This document shows, piece by piece, positions 41,120 to 54,251 of a stretch of DNA of 64,000 nt. Origin of the DNA: Lama guanicoe (Eukaryota); the NCBI GenBank assembly GCA_013239625.1, contig MU054212.1, positions 806,001 through 870,000 of the forward strand, written 5' to 3'. The number at the start of each line of letters is the position of its first letter. Position 1 is the first letter of the stretch. The translations under genes were made by a program, and so were the position numbers. The notes under the pieces are model-generated. The model ran no database searches, was not told the origin of the DNA, and saw only the letters and a program-made list of their open reading frames with translations.

Positions 41120-42620
41120 TTAATAGCACCTGTATTGAGATATAATTCTCACACCATAAATTGACTTTTAAAGTGGATGATTCATTGCGTTTTTAGTACT
41201 GCTGCTGACCCTTAAACAACATGGGGGTTGGGATGCTGACCCTCCTCCAGCTGAAAATCCAAGTATAACTACAGTTGGCCCTCCGTATCTTACCCCAGTT
41301 CTGCATCAAGGATTGTGTAATACTATAGTACCTATTTATTGAAAAAAAATTCACATATAAGTAGACCTATGTGGTTCAAATCCATGTTGCTCAAGGGTCA
41401 GCTGTATATGTGTTGTGGCCTTTCGTGTCTGGCTTCTTTCACCTCGTGTAATGGTTTCAAGGCTCACCTATGATACAGCATGTATCAGTCACTACTTTTT
41501 ATGGCTGAATGGTATTCCATTGTATGAATATACCACATTTTGTTTATCTTTTCATTAGCTGATGAACATTGGATTGTTTTCACTTTTTGGCTATTATGAA
41601 TGTTGCAAATGAACATCCTGGTACACGTTTTTGTGTGGATATGTTTTCTGTTCTCTTGAATATATACCTAGGATTGGCATTGCTGGGTCACATGGTAACA
41701 TTGTTCAAATATTAAGTCTTGCACTTCTTTTGTTAAGTTTATTACTATGAGTTTTATTCTTTTTGAGTCTATTGTAAATGGAATTGCTCTTAATTTCATT
41801 TTTGAATTGTTTCTTGTTAGTGTTAAGAAATACAATTGCTTTTTGTGCATATATATTATTTTATATCCTCTTTAATGTTAAAATATTGTGACCATCTTTC
41901 TGTCAGAAAATATACTTCTATAACATCATTTTAATGACTTTGTAATAGTGAACTACACCGTTATACCATATTTATTTACCCACCTCCTTATTATTGGAAT
42001 TCAGATTCTTTAAAACTTAAAAAAACTACAAGTATCTCTGATAAGTCTTTGCCTTTAAATCTTTGCCAACTTACTTTATTATTTCCTGGATATAAATCTA
42101 TGCAAGTGAAATTGTTAAGGCAAAATATATGCACCTTGAAAGCCGTTTGCTAAGTCACTGCAAAAATTGTCCTTCTGAAAGGTTATATGGTTTTCACTTC
42201 TACCAATGGTGTTATACTGGATTCCCTGAATTCTCTTCAACTTTCAGTTTTATCATTAAAAAAAAAATCTTTGCCAGTTTGATAGGTGAAACATGAGTCT
42301 CACCGGTACTTTGCTTGCATTTCAATTCTCAGAAAGGTCAAACTTCTCTTGGATGTTTGTTAGTTTAAAAAAATTATTTCCTGTGAATTGTTAGGTTTCT
42401 TAGCCACGAGTTTTCAGCTTCTTGTAATTATTTTGTAAAAAAAATTATATATGAAAGTCATTAATCCATTCATGGCATAAATTTTCTCCTCCCTCATTTG
42501 TTTTCTATTTTTGTTTGGTTCACTTTTTGAGGTACACACTTTTATTTTTTATGGAGTCAACTTATCCGCCTTTATAGCTTCTTCTGTTTGTGTTCTGCTC
42601 ACAAATTCCTTTCCCCCTGT
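41120..42620 (-). mobile_element. Old L1 fragments
   Basis: T-rich antisense L1 3'-end motifs (tattgagatataattc; ggattggcattgctgggtcacatgg). Confidence 0.65.
41202..41404. mobile_element. Tigger2-family MITE nested in an old L1 fragment
   Basis: Termini ctgctgacccttaaacaacatgg ... ccatgttgctcaagggtcagctg|TA form inverted repeats. Confidence 0.65.
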
Positions 42621-43339
42621 TTTTATTTTTGAAGAACAGAAGATGAAATATACACACTTTCTTCTACAACATACCCCACTATTTAATCACTGTACTGGTT
42701 AGTTCTCTCTCCTTTCAGCTGTGCCATTTTAAGCCGTATCTCAATCTGTCTCCAAGCAGCGCTCCCCGACCTTCCCTCTTTTTTCCTTCTCCGTCTTTCG
42801 AAGTTTTCAGTCCTGCTTCCTCTGGGGGCACTTTTGTCCGTCCTGACCTGCAGCAAAGACACCCTCCTCTACTTGACAAAGGGCGTTTGTGGGCTCCGTT
42901 TGGGTGCGGTGTCCTGAGTAGGAGACCAAGCTTCAGCCCTTGGTGGGTGGGGGATTCTACCCTCTGCTCAGAGACGGACAGCTCGAGTCAGATACTCAGC
43001 ATCTCTGTAAAATATGGCAGATTGGGCGTCTAAAGGATTTCCTCCAAAGTACCTCTACGGTTTGGCAAACTGGCACTATTGGCTGTCTCCAAGTTGTGTA
43101 CGTTCAGCCACTCCCTATTCGCCGGAGCTTCTTTGATCCCATACTCAGTATGTGGCTGCAGCGCCATACACGGTGTCTGAGAATTGACGGGACTTGTTCT
43201 TTGACAATTGAGACTCGTCTGGGAAGCCACAATGTCTTAGGTGTAAGTTCTGCAGGCAGTGGCAGTTGCCTCTGCTGTCTCACCCCATTCGCCTCAAGCC
43301 TCCTTCTCCCTTCCCCCTGGTCCATCATCTGCAGAAGAG

Positions 43340-44600
43340 GAGTATCTAATCTCTGCCTTGGCCGTGGGAAGTTGGAGCGGTCCGGGCCCCCGCTTCAGCT
43401 GCCAGACTGGGAGCCGGGAACGCCTTTCGCCCTCCCCGCGCGCGAAGTTTGCAGCGACGACGTCTGCGGGCCAAGGCCGGGCGCTGTCAGTTCCTGATCC
43501 GGCGGGTGCCCGCTCCGGCCGCGGCACGCTCCAAACGCGAGAAGCCGCCCACTGGCCTCGGGCTCCCGGCGCGTGGGGCGTGGGCGTCGGCGCGGATCCG
43601 GAGCCTCCGCCCACACCCGGGCTGCGCTCGCTGGTCGCGTGAGGCTCGTGCCCCGGGACCGCGGTGCCCCCGAGCCCCTCCGCGGGCCGCCGAGGCAGGA
43701 GGACCGCGCGCGGCGGGATGGCGGCGGCCGCGCGGGCTCGGGGCTGGGCACCCGGGTCCGTGCTGCCGCCGCTGCTGCTGCTGGTGCCGCTGCTGCCTCC
43801 AGTTGTGTGCGCGGCCGCTCGGGACCCACCGGCCCGGGCCCCGCGCAGCTTGCACCCGCCCTACTTCAACCTGGCCGAGGCGGCGAAGATTTGGGCCACC
43901 GCCACCTGCGGGGAGCGGGAGCCGGGAGGGGCGCGGCCCCGGCCCGAGCTCTACTGCAAGTTAGTCGGGGGGCCCACCGCCCCGAGCAGCGGCCGCACCA
44001 TCCAGGTAAGGTCCGGGGCGAGAGCGGGGGGCGGCGGGGACGGCCGGCCCCGCGGGGCGAAGGGGCTGGGCCTTTCCCCGCGCTCTCGTGACCCGAGGCC
44101 GCCGGGAAGGGCTCCCCAACCCCTGCGCATGCCGGCGACCCCGGGAGGTGGGCGCAGTGACCCGGGAGTGGCCCTCAGGGAGCGCCGCCCGCGCCGCCCG
44201 AGGCCCGGACGGGAAACGCGCGCGAGGTGAGTGAAGGCTGAGGTAAGTCTGGGCGAGCCCAGGAGGAAAGCCCGACGCCGCGCGCTGCAGGGATGCGGTG
44301 AACTGCTGTCCTTCCTGCCTTCGTCACCCAGGTAGCGCCTGGCCTTCACCGGCGCCCCTCCTTCGAGGCTCTTTGTCTCCCCGACCTCGTGCAGAGAAGG
44401 TGGTAGCAGTTAGATTCCGTGGCGTATTTTGAGAGAGAACTTTTAGACCACTCCGGTCTCACGGAAAAAGCGCACTTCACCCCACCGCCCGAAGCGCGGC
44501 CATCCAGAGTCACGGGGGCACGTGAGATGGACGGAGAGAAACACGGTGCTCGGAGCCCATGAGAGCCTCTTCCCACGAACACCTGTGTGAGCGCTAGTGT
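43340..44600 (+). promoter_or_regulatory. CpG island / promoter region of LAMA3 (long isoform)
   Basis: Dense CpG and GC boxes around exon 1; no obvious TATA box. Confidence 0.85.
43718..44005 (+). CDS. LAMA3: LAMA3 (laminin alpha-3B) coding exon 1: signal peptide and start of the laminin N-terminal (LN) domain
   Basis: gggATGG Kozak context. Encodes [34 protein letters not shown]...[23 protein letters not shown]...[20 protein letters not shown] (96 aa). Donor CAG|GTAAGG, phase 0. Confidence 0.95.
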
Positions 44601-47600
44601 CTCTGGTGCTTCCTCAGCACCTGGAAGTGCGCCAGGTCCTTACACACGCGACCCTCACGTGTGCGCTGGGAGCTGGAGTAAGTGAGCAGGTTAAGAAGTG
44701 TGCCTGCGTCATAAAGAAGGGCACCTGGATTTGAACCCAGTCCCAACTCCAAACCCTCTTTACAGGAAATCATCGTTGCCTCCCTCCCTCTCCTGGGAAA
44801 TATTGTTGAGTAAAGTGTTTGCCGGAAGAGGGAGTAAGTTTGGAGTCTGGGCTCCCAAAGCCAGAGATTGTCATTCATAGTCTAGGTCAATGTTTTAGAA
44901 AGTCTTTTGACTACGCACTTCCAGAAATAACAAGTTGTTGAACACGCAGTATATTCTTACACAATATATGCTAATTTATTTGTTACATGCATATATAACT
45001 TTATTAATTTGTGCTTACAAAACATACAAAAATAGAAAAACCAAATAGCGATGAAAATACTGTTTTCTTTATTAACAGCCCCAAATAATTTTGCTATCTC
45101 TAAATATTTTTGTGATTGTATATAACTAGTATAAACAAATATACAGATGTAAATCTATATAATTATTTTTGACAAGTTTAGTTTTGCACTTATGATATAG
45201 TCATTCAAAGCTGGTTTTACATGAACACTGGAATTTAGTGGTTGTTGTCACCGAAAAGATATCTCAAAAATATGTAGATTTAAATGGAAGAACTGCATGA
45301 CTCCTGAGTTCCAAAACCAGAGGCAGAATTTACAGAGTACATTGTGAAGTGAAAACGTGGAGCTCCTTGTTGAAAATTTATGAATTTCAAGATCGTGATA
45401 GTAGAGCATTAAACTGAGGGGCCTTTCTGAGAGTTAGGACCCTGTACGAGTTTTCTCAATCGTGGTATTCTTACTTCTGCTCCATCCTCCAATTATTCTA
45501 ACATTTTTTTTTTTAAAGTAGAAACTTGGCTAGTGAATGTTCATTTTTCAGGTGGAATTCAGTACTTCCTGGCAGGAAAGTATTGTGTTTTAATGTATAT
45601 AAACAGTAGATCCAAAACTCATTTTTCTTTTGGAAACTATTTAAATGTTATAGAATTGTATTTTCGTGTTTTTAAGATGTGCAAATATGAGAACCTTTAG
45701 AGTAACACAGTTCCGTCTTTTTAGCAACAAAAGATGAAACATCTCCAAACATGTAATTTTCAAAATGCTCTTTCCATCCAAAGCATACGTTTCTTTAGAA
45801 CAGTATTTACCTTTTCACACATTTAAAAAAATAACACTTTTCTTTGATGATAGAGAGTAAGTACCTCTGTTGTTTTGTAAATATCTATCGGGTAGTATAT
45901 AATGTCACTTGTCATTCCAGCAAAAAGTTAGCCAGTTTGGAATTTTGTGGGGGGAAAATTGTAACTCATCTTTAAATTTGAGGTCTTTTAAGTAACTTTC
46001 CATGAGCAAACCACTGAACCTGTATAGCCAAAAGAATTTCATAGTCACACCCCATTTCAGTACAAGGTTGTAACTGTTCTGCTAATTAGGAGAATAGAAT
46101 CCACGTGTGCATTTAAAGGTCCTCGTAAGCTTTGGTGCGTCATGATCAGATGATGGCTCCTCTCCTTCCCTTGAACAGACACAGAACTCTTGGTGACTTG
46201 TGACCAGCTGACTTGTGGGCTCGGTGAAGTCCCTTAAGCAATCTGCATATTAAATAGAAAAACCAAATTTCTTCTTTTTTTAAGTAAAGTAAACAGTTTT
46301 AATGCTCCCTTCTTGTCCCCCCCTGGGTTGCCTGGCACACTCAGCTTTGGAGAGAACTGTTCTCATTGTGGGGAGAGTGAATGCAAGGAGAAGGAAGGTA
46401 TCAAGGAAATTTTCAGCTGCCTCTTCTTCCCTGGATTTGCCTAGAAATGGGCCAACCCTCTTTCTCCTCAGCTTGCATTTTTATTGAGTGTAATTGGCTG
46501 GCACTACTGTTTTGGAAGTTCAGAAAAGTCATGTTTCTTGTTCTGAAAACTCTTGTTCTGAGTTTCCAGAATAGATCCTTAAACTTGGGTCCACAGTCCT
46601 GAACAGAGTAGGAAGTGACTTTTTGAGGTTACTCAGCAGACTGCATTTCCAGGCCAAGAGGTAGCCTGCGGAAGAAGAATGGTATCTGGTGTTACACCTT
46701 CTTCTTCCCTAAAAATAAGGGATGAACAAAAGCTCTGCTGAGTAGCACTTTTGCTTTACAGTTGAGGGCTTGAGAAGGTGCACTGATTGCTGATGTGGGA
46801 GATTCTCAGGTAATGAGAAGCGTGCTGGAGACAAGAAGGGGAAGGCGAGTTCCAGAGGCCGGGCTATCAGACACTTGTTCTAGCCCAGTATTGGCAGCAG
46901 CTGGTGCAAACCTGCCTTTCAGAAAAGTGAGGGGTGGTGGGAGACGGGCGGGGGAAGGGAAGAGAGACTGGGATTAATCATTTGGTCATTCCTGAGTGAT
47001 GATCATCTTGAATCTGCACATGTACAGCTCAAGATGGGAACTGGAGGAGAGTTCACTAAAATAGTGCTATTTCTTTGAACTTTCTAAAATTAAACCTTTG
47101 GGGCCAGCCAGGGTTTAGAATTTCAGGCCAAATGGATTTTTCGAAAAATGTAAAAAATGGATAAAAGTCACATCTTAGGAAAAAACGCTGGGTTTATGGT
47201 CTCTATTCTATAATAACAGTGCTGATACTTGAATAGTAGCATGTGTCAGCAGGCAAGCCATTTAACAAGTCTGCATTTTGTTTGTTGTGTGAAAAATGTT
47301 TGCTGTGGTTTCTCTGGACTTAAGATTCATTAAGTAAGATTTTATATACTTGCTACTGCTCAGACATTAAGTTTTTGGTGTTTGAGAGCTCTGTGATTCA
47401 GATATCTTGTCTGTCTGCTTCATGGTTGAATCTTTGGTGCTTAACAAAAGCCTGTAACAGAATAGGAAAATATTGAATGAAAGGATGGTGGAGTGAAGAT
47501 AGAGTTGAAGGCTATAGTTAATATGAAGTGCAGACAAGAAAAATATGCAAATTAATTTGGTTCTGATGAAAAGTAATTACAACCAAAATATTTCACTTTG

Positions 47601-47650
47601 TGCTTTAATATTAAATGTTTACTTACCTATGGAATGTAAAGACATTATTA

Positions 47651-47934
47651 CAGTCAGCCCTCAGTATCGTTGGGTTTCGTATCTGTAGATTCAACCAACT
47701 GTGGATCAAAATAACCCCAGAACTTTCCTAAAAACAAAACTTGAATTTGCCCTAAGCTGGCAACTATTTACATAGCATTTACATTGTGTTACATATTATT
47801 AATAATCTGGAGATAATTTAAAATATCTGGGAGGATGTATGTAGGTTATATGCAAATACTGCACTATTTTATATAAGGGACTTAAGTATCTGCAGCTTTT
47901 GGTCCAATCCCTCATGGATACCAAGGGACGACTG
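47651..47934 (-). mobile_element. MER2-like Tigger element
   Basis: TA|cagtcagccctcagtatc ... ccaagggacgactg; similar to the two other copies. Confidence 0.8.
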
Positions 47935-48933
47935 AAGACTGATACCTGATAGAGGTGATGATAAAATGGAAGTGGAAGGCTATGTTGAAAATATAACCTT
48001 GTGTTTGGTTTAGCTTGGCATGAGCACTATGCTTACAAGAAATGAAATGTACGTATTTACCAAACATATGATCTCAATTTTGTGCACTGACAGTTCAACA
48101 CATCTTTTATATGTTCTTTCCTTGCACTTTGATATATGCATAAAAATTTGTACAGAATGTGAATGATATTGATAGAGGAGTACACAACGCCTGAGTTGTG
48201 GCTAAGCGTGAGCGTGCTTGCCGCAAAACAGTCCCAGTTGTGTGTTCGTGTAACTTGGATTAATAACCATAAACAGGAAACAACTTCACTAAGGCTCTGT
48301 TTAGAGAACTATTGTGAAAGAGAGCCACTTACTAGCTTTGACATGGGCCTTTTCCTTTGTGAAACTGATGTGAAAATTTTGGGGAAATCTAAGACATTTA
48401 CTATATCCAGTGATAGATTTGTTAAAAATTATTAATGAGTTATTTTGAAACTTCAGACAAATTATTACAGTCAGCAGTTGAAGGATAAGTGATCCTTTTT
48501 CAAAGATGATTTTCCTAATAGTTGTGTGTTTGTGGACATTAACCAAAGGTTAGCAATGAAAGTTTGTGTACAAATTGTTTGAAGCCTACGTAAATGTTTT
48601 CCTTTGGCGAGTTCACTCACCAGTGAAATTTAATTTAAATTTAAACAGCAGTTTAAATTTGTTCCTCAAAACCTCATAGGTTACTGGAGCTCATGGACCT
48701 TCAGGGTTGCTGGTGAGGAGTTAGAACTGGGAATGTGCAGTTCTTGAATTGCAAGATTTTATTTCATGCTCTGAATCACCAGTGCCATTCAGAGTGTGGA
48801 TCATTTAATCCGAGAAAAAGAAATACAGTCACAGGGAAAGGAGAGGACAAAAGGTTATTAATTTCAGCCCCTCACTTATAAGAGCACTGTACCTAAACCA
48901 TTACAGAAGGATAACTGTGTGTGTTTTATATCT

Positions 48934-49029
48934 CTTTAAAAAAATTTTTATTGAAGTATAGTCAGTTACAGTGTGTCAATTTCTAGTGTACAGCATAACG
49001 TACCAGTCATGCATATATATACATACATT
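48934..49029 (-). mobile_element. Very short (about 96 bp) L1 3'-tail insertion with perfect 16-bp TSD
   Basis: TSD tgtgtgttttatatct at 48918-48933 and 49030-49045. The insert resembles the reverse complement of the L1 3' end at about 54470-54570. Confidence 0.8.
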
Positions 49030-49124
49030 TGTGTGTTTTATATCTTTAGTGCATGTATGAATGTGAAAGCTACGTGTTTTCTTCACATCTTTTACCAAAA
49101 CTAGATTGGGGCTTTAGCGTCATT

Positions 49125-50880
49125 TTTAGCAGCTTTATCGAAGCGTGGTTGAAATACCATAGCATGCATCCATTGTGTGAATTCAGTCATTTTTAGTAAG
49201 TTTATGGAGTTGGGCAACTGTCACTAGAATCTGGTTTTAGAACATTTCCAACAGCCCCCAAAGTTCTCTCGTGCCTGTTCACATAGTTTCTGCTCCTATC
49301 TCTAGTCTGAATTCTGTCTCTAAAGATTTGCCATTTCTGGAAATTTCATATAAATGGAATCACATAACATGTAGTCTTTCGTGTCTGACTTCTTTCATTC
49401 AGCATAATGATTCTGAAGTTCTTTCATACTGTTGCATGATTTAGTAGTTTGTTTCTCTCTTTTTTTTGCAGGAAACAGTATGCCATTGTATGGCTATACC
49501 TCATTTTCTTTATCCATTCGCTAGTTGATGGACATTTGCATAGTTTCTAGACTTTGGCTGTTACAAGTAATGCTGCTGTGAACATTCACAAGCAAATCTT
49601 TGTGTGGACATGTGTTTTCAGTTATCTTGGGTATATTCCTAGGAGTGGAATTGCTATCATATCAGATCATATCAGAAGTTCAAGATTTTGAGAAACTGCC
49701 CATTATTGAAAATGGAGCATTGATGTCTCCAACTATTATTATAGAGTTATTTCTCCCTTCAGTTCTATGGATCTTTGCTTCATGTATATTTGAAGCTCTT
49801 TTGTTTGGTGCAGATATATTTAAATTGTTACATCTTCTTGATGGATTGGCCCTTCTATCATTGTATAATGTCTGCCTTTATCTCTTGTAACAACTTTTGG
49901 CTTAATGTCTATTTTGTGTGATGTTAGTATCATCCATTCTAACTCCCTTTGCTTACTATTTACATGGAATACCTTTTTATATCCTTTCATTTTCAACTTA
50001 TTTATGTCTTTGGAACTAAAGTGAATTTCTTATAGACTTCATATACTTGGATCATATATATGTTTTTTTTAAATCCATTCTGTCAATCTCTGCTTTTAAT
50101 TGGTAAGTCTAATCCATTTACATTTAAATTGATTACTGATAATGAAGGACTTACGTCTGCCATTTTGTTATTTGTTTTCTATGAGTCACATATTTTTTTG
50201 TTCCTCAATTCCTCCTTTACTACTTTTGTGTTTAATTTCTTTTTCTAATGTACTATCTTGACTTCCTCCTCATTTCCCATTCTGTAAATTTTTAAAAGTT
50301 ATTTTCTTAGTGCATTCTCTGGGGATTACAATTAACATTCTAAATTTATAGTGATCCAATTTGAGTTGATATCAACTTAGCTTTAATAGCATCCAAAACT
50401 CTGCCTCTATAAGTCTGTCCCCAATTTTTATGATGTTATTGTCACAAAATTACATCTTTACACTTTGTTGCCCATCAAGATAAAAATATAATTATTGTTC
50501 TATGCATTTGTCTTTTAAATCATATAGGAAGAAAAGAGTTACCAACCAAAGATACAATAATGCTGGCTTTCGTATTTACCTGTGTAGTTACCTGTACTGG
50601 TGTTCTGTATTTCTTTGTATGGCTTTGAGTTACTGTCTAATGTCCTTTATTTCAGCTCAAAGAACTCCCTTTAACATTTCTCTTAGGGCAGGTCTACTAG
50701 CAACAAACTCTTTCAGCTTTTGTTTATTTGGTAATGTGTTAATTTCTCCCTCATTTTTGAAGACTAATTTTACCAGGTATAGAATTCTTGACTGACTGGT
50801 TTTTTCCCTTTCAGCACTTTATATCATCTCACTGTCATCTGGCTTCCATGGTTTCCAATGAAAAATAGGTTGTTAATCTT
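49125..50880 (-). mobile_element. Old L1 fragments (3' end plus internal piece)
   Basis: Antisense L1 motifs (catataaatggaatcac; ctaggagtggaattgct; tctccaactattatt). Confidence 0.7.
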
Positions 50881-51290
50881 AAATGTGTTTCCGGTTGTGA
50901 TGTAGGCTTTCATGAAACCTGTGTTAATTCTTGCTCAACCTTTGGAACCATTTGCCTAGTGAGGAAAAGGTTATTAAATGGTACCTCAGTGGTATTAGCC
51001 AGTGAATCTGCCTGGATTGTGCTGTATACATGGGCTCCTGGCCAAGGGGGCTGAAAATCCAGCCTGGGCAAAGCTGTATCTGCTCAGAGGCAGGGAGCCT
51101 TTTTCTGCTTCACAAAATAGAGCTGTGTGCATGAGCTAGCAGATCCTTGATTAGATCCCTCCTGCCAACAGGGTGGAGCCTGCCCTGGGGAAAGCCAACT
51201 CATTGAGTCACACATGTCCTGCCAGTTTCTCAATGTCATAAGCATATTATATTCTCTCAGTGGTTTTCCCATCCTAGATGCTTAGAAAAT

Positions 51291-54251
51291 ATGTGTGTAA
51301 TTCACAACCACTCAAAACCTATGGGACACAGCAAAGGCAGTGCTAAGAGGGAAGTTTATAGCGATACAGGCCTTCCTCAAAAAAGAAGAACAATCTCAAA
51401 TAAACAAGTTAACCCACCACCTGAATCAATTAGAAAAAGAAGAACAAAAAGCAGCAGAAGGAAGGAAATAATAAAGATCAGAGAGGAATTAAATACAATA
51501 GAGATTAACAAGACCATAGAAAAAATCAACCAAACCAAAAGCTGGTTTTTTGAAAAAGTAAATAAAATCGACAAACCTCTAGCCAAACTCACAAAGAAGA
51601 AAAAAGAGAGAGCACAAATTAGCAAAATAAGAAAGGAAAATGGAGAAATTACAACAAACAAAATAGAAATACAGAATATCATACGAGAATATTATGAAAA
51701 ACTATATGGAACCAAACTGGATAACCTAGAGGAGATGGACAAGTTTCTGGAAACATACTGTCCACCAAAACTGAATCAAGAAGAAACTGAACACTTGAAC
51801 AATCCGATCACTAGAAAGGAAATAGAAATAGCAATTAAAAACCTCCCTACAAATAAAAGTCCAGGACCGGACGGCTTCACCGGGGAATTCTACCAAACAT
51901 ACAAAGAAGAACTCATACCAGTCCTTCTCAAACTCTTCCAGACGATTGAAAAGGAGGGAATACTCCCAAACTCATTCTATGAAGCCACCATCACCCTGAT
52001 ACCAAAACCAGGCAAAGACACTACAAAAAAAGAGAATTATAGGCCAATATCACTGATGAACATAGACGCCAAAATCCTCACCAAAATTTTAGCAAATAGA
52101 ATCCAACAACACATAAAAAAGATTATACATCATGACCAAGTGGGGTTCATCCCAGGGACACAAGGCTGGTTCAACATACGCAAATCAATCAATGTAATAC
52201 ATCACATCAACAAGAGAAAGGACAAAAACCACATGATCATCTCAATCGATGCAGAAAAAGCATTTGATAAAATTCAACACCCATTTATGATAAAAACTCT
52301 CGCCAAAGTGGGTATAGAGGGAACATATCTCAACATAATAAAAGCTATATATGACAAACCTATAGCCAGCATAGTTCTCAACGGTGAAAAACTCAAAAGC
52401 TTCCCACTAAAATCTGGGACAAGACAAGGATGCCCACTATCACCACTCCTATTCAATATAGTCCTGGAAGTCCTAGCCACAGCAATCAGGCAAGAGAAAG
52501 AAATAAAAGGGATCCAAATTGGAAAAGAAGAGGTAAAAGTGTCATTATATGCTGACGACATGTTACTATATATAGAAAACCCTAAAAGGTCCACAAAAAA
52601 GCTACTAGAGCTGATCGAAGAATTCAGCAAGGTAGCAGGTTACAAAATTAATGTTCAAAAATCAGTTGCCTTTCTTTACACTAACGATAAATCAACAGAA
52701 AAAGAAAGTAAAGAAACAATCCCCTTTAAAATAGCACCCAAAGTAATAAAATATCTGGGAATAAATCTAACCAAGGAGGCGAAAGAATTATACACAGAAA
52801 ACTATAAACCATTGATGAAGGAAATTAAAGAAGACTTTAAAAAATGGAAAGATATTCCATGCTCTTGGATTGGAAGAATCAATATTGTTAAAATGGTCAC
52901 ACTGCCCAAGGCAATCTACAGATTTAATGCAATCCCTATCCAATTACCCAGGACATATTTCACAGAACTAGAACAAATCATAATAAAATTTATATGGAAC
53001 CATCAAAGACCTAGAATTGCTAAAGCATTACTGAAGAGAAAGAAAGAGGCTGGAGGAATAACTCTCCCAGACTTCAGACAATACTATAGAGCTACAGTCA
53101 TCAAGACAGCATGGTATTGGTACCAAAACAGACATATAGACCAATGGAACAGAATAGAGAGCCCAGAAATGAACCCACAAACTTTTGGTCAACTCATCTT
53201 CGACAAAGGAGGCAAGAATATACAATGGAATAAAGACAGTCTCTTCAGCAAATGGTGTTGGGAAAACTGGACAGCAGCATGTAAAACAATGAAGCTAGAA
53301 CACACCCTTACACCATATACAAAAATCAACTCAAAATGGATTAAAGACTTAAACATAAGACAAGATACAATAAACCTCCTAGAGGAAAACATAGGCAAAA
53401 CATTATCTGACATACATTTCAAAAATTTTCTCCTAGAAGAAATAAAAGCAAGAATAAACAAATGGGACCTAATGAAACTTACAAGCTTCTGCAGAGCAAA
53501 GGAAACCAGAAATAAAACAAGAAGAAAACCTACGGAATGGGAGAAAATTTTTGCAAGTGAAACCGACAAAGGCTTGATCTCCAAAATATATAAGCAGCTC
53601 ATACGACTCAATAAGAAAAAAATAAACAACCCAATCCAAAAATGGGCAGAAGACCTAAACAAGCAATTCTCCAAGGAAGACATACAAATGATCAAAAAGC
53701 ACATGAAAAAATGTTCAATATCACTAATTATCAGAGAAATGCAAATCAAAACTACAATGAGGTATCACCTCACACCAGTCAGAATGGCCGTCATTCAAAA
53801 ATCCAAAAATGACAAATGCTGGAGAGGCTGTGGAGAAAGGGGAACCCTCCTACACTGCTGGTGGGAATGCAGTTTGGTGCAGCCACTATGGAAAACAGTG
53901 TGGAGATTCCTCAAAAGACTAGGAATAGACTTACCATATGACCCAGGAATCCCACTCCTGGGCTTGTATCCAGAAGGAAATCTACTTCAGGATGACACCT
54001 GCACCCCAATGTTCATAGCAGCACTATTTACAATAGCCAAAACATGGAAACAGCCTAAATGTCCATCAACAGGTGACTGGATAAAGAAGAGGTGGTATAT
54101 TTATACAATGGAATACTACTCAGCCATAAAAACCGACAACATAATGCCATTTGCAGCAACATGGATGCTCCTAGAGAATGTCATTCTAAGTGAAGTAAGC
54201 CAGAAAGAGAAAAAAAAATACCATATGAGATCGCTCATATGTGGAATCTAA
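51291..54251 (+). CDS. 986-aa ORF: endonuclease-less L1 ORF2 (Z, RT and Cys-rich domains) with an N-terminus read outside the ORF2 frame; expression unknown
   Basis: From the ORF track. The true ORF2 frame is entered only at about 51450 ([10 protein letters not shown]); the first roughly 53 codons are flank plus out-of-frame L1. Confidence 0.5.
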   Translation: MCVIHNHSKPMGHSKGSAKREVYSDTGLPQKRRTISNKQVNPPPESIRKRRTKSSRRKEIIKIREELNTIEINKTIEKINQTKSWFFEKVNKIDKPLAKLTKKKKERAQISKIRKENGEITTNKIEIQNIIREYYEKLYGTKLDNLEEMDKFLETYCPPKLNQEETEHLNNPITRKEIEIAIKNLPTNKSPGPDGFTGEFYQTYKEELIPVLLKLFQTIEKEGILPNSFYEATITLIPKPGKDTTKKENYRPISLMNIDAKILTKILANRIQQHIKKIIHHDQVGFIPGTQGWFNIRKSINVIHHINKRKDKNHMIISIDAEKAFDKIQHPFMIKTLAKVGIEGTYLNIIKAIYDKPIASIVLNGEKLKSFPLKSGTRQGCPLSPLLFNIVLEVLATAIRQEKEIKGIQIGKEEVKVSLYADDMLLYIENPKRSTKKLLELIEEFSKVAGYKINVQKSVAFLYTNDKSTEKESKETIPFKIAPKVIKYLGINLTKEAKELYTENYKPLMKEIKEDFKKWKDIPCSWIGRINIVKMVTLPKAIYRFNAIPIQLPRTYFTELEQIIIKFIWNHQRPRIAKALLKRKKEAGGITLPDFRQYYRATVIKTAWYWYQNRHIDQWNRIESPEMNPQTFGQLIFDKGGKNIQWNKDSLFSKWCWENWTAACKTMKLEHTLTPYTKINSKWIKDLNIRQDTINLLEENIGKTLSDIHFKNFLLEEIKARINKWDLMKLTSFCRAKETRNKTRRKPTEWEKIFASETDKGLISKIYKQLIRLNKKKINNPIQKWAEDLNKQFSKEDIQMIKKHMKKCSISLIIREMQIKTTMRYHLTPVRMAVIQKSKNDKCWRGCGERGTLLHCWWECSLVQPLWKTVWRFLKRLGIDLPYDPGIPLLGLYPEGNLLQDDTCTPMFIAALFTIAKTWKQPKCPSTGDWIKKRWYIYTMEYYSAIKTDNIMPFAATWMLLENVILSEVSQKEKKKYHMRSLICGI

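Noticed and set aside
42940..44349. Many overlapping 100-190 aa ORFs, including a GTG-initiated 18-codon extension of LAMA3 (43664)
   Set aside because: GC-rich island artefacts. The ATG at 43718 has a strong Kozak context and directly starts the signal peptide.
51277..51286. Alternative AG acceptors at 51277 and 51285
   Set aside because: Joined to LAMA3 exon 1 in phase 0, both hit early stop codons (TAA), so they give no long fusion.
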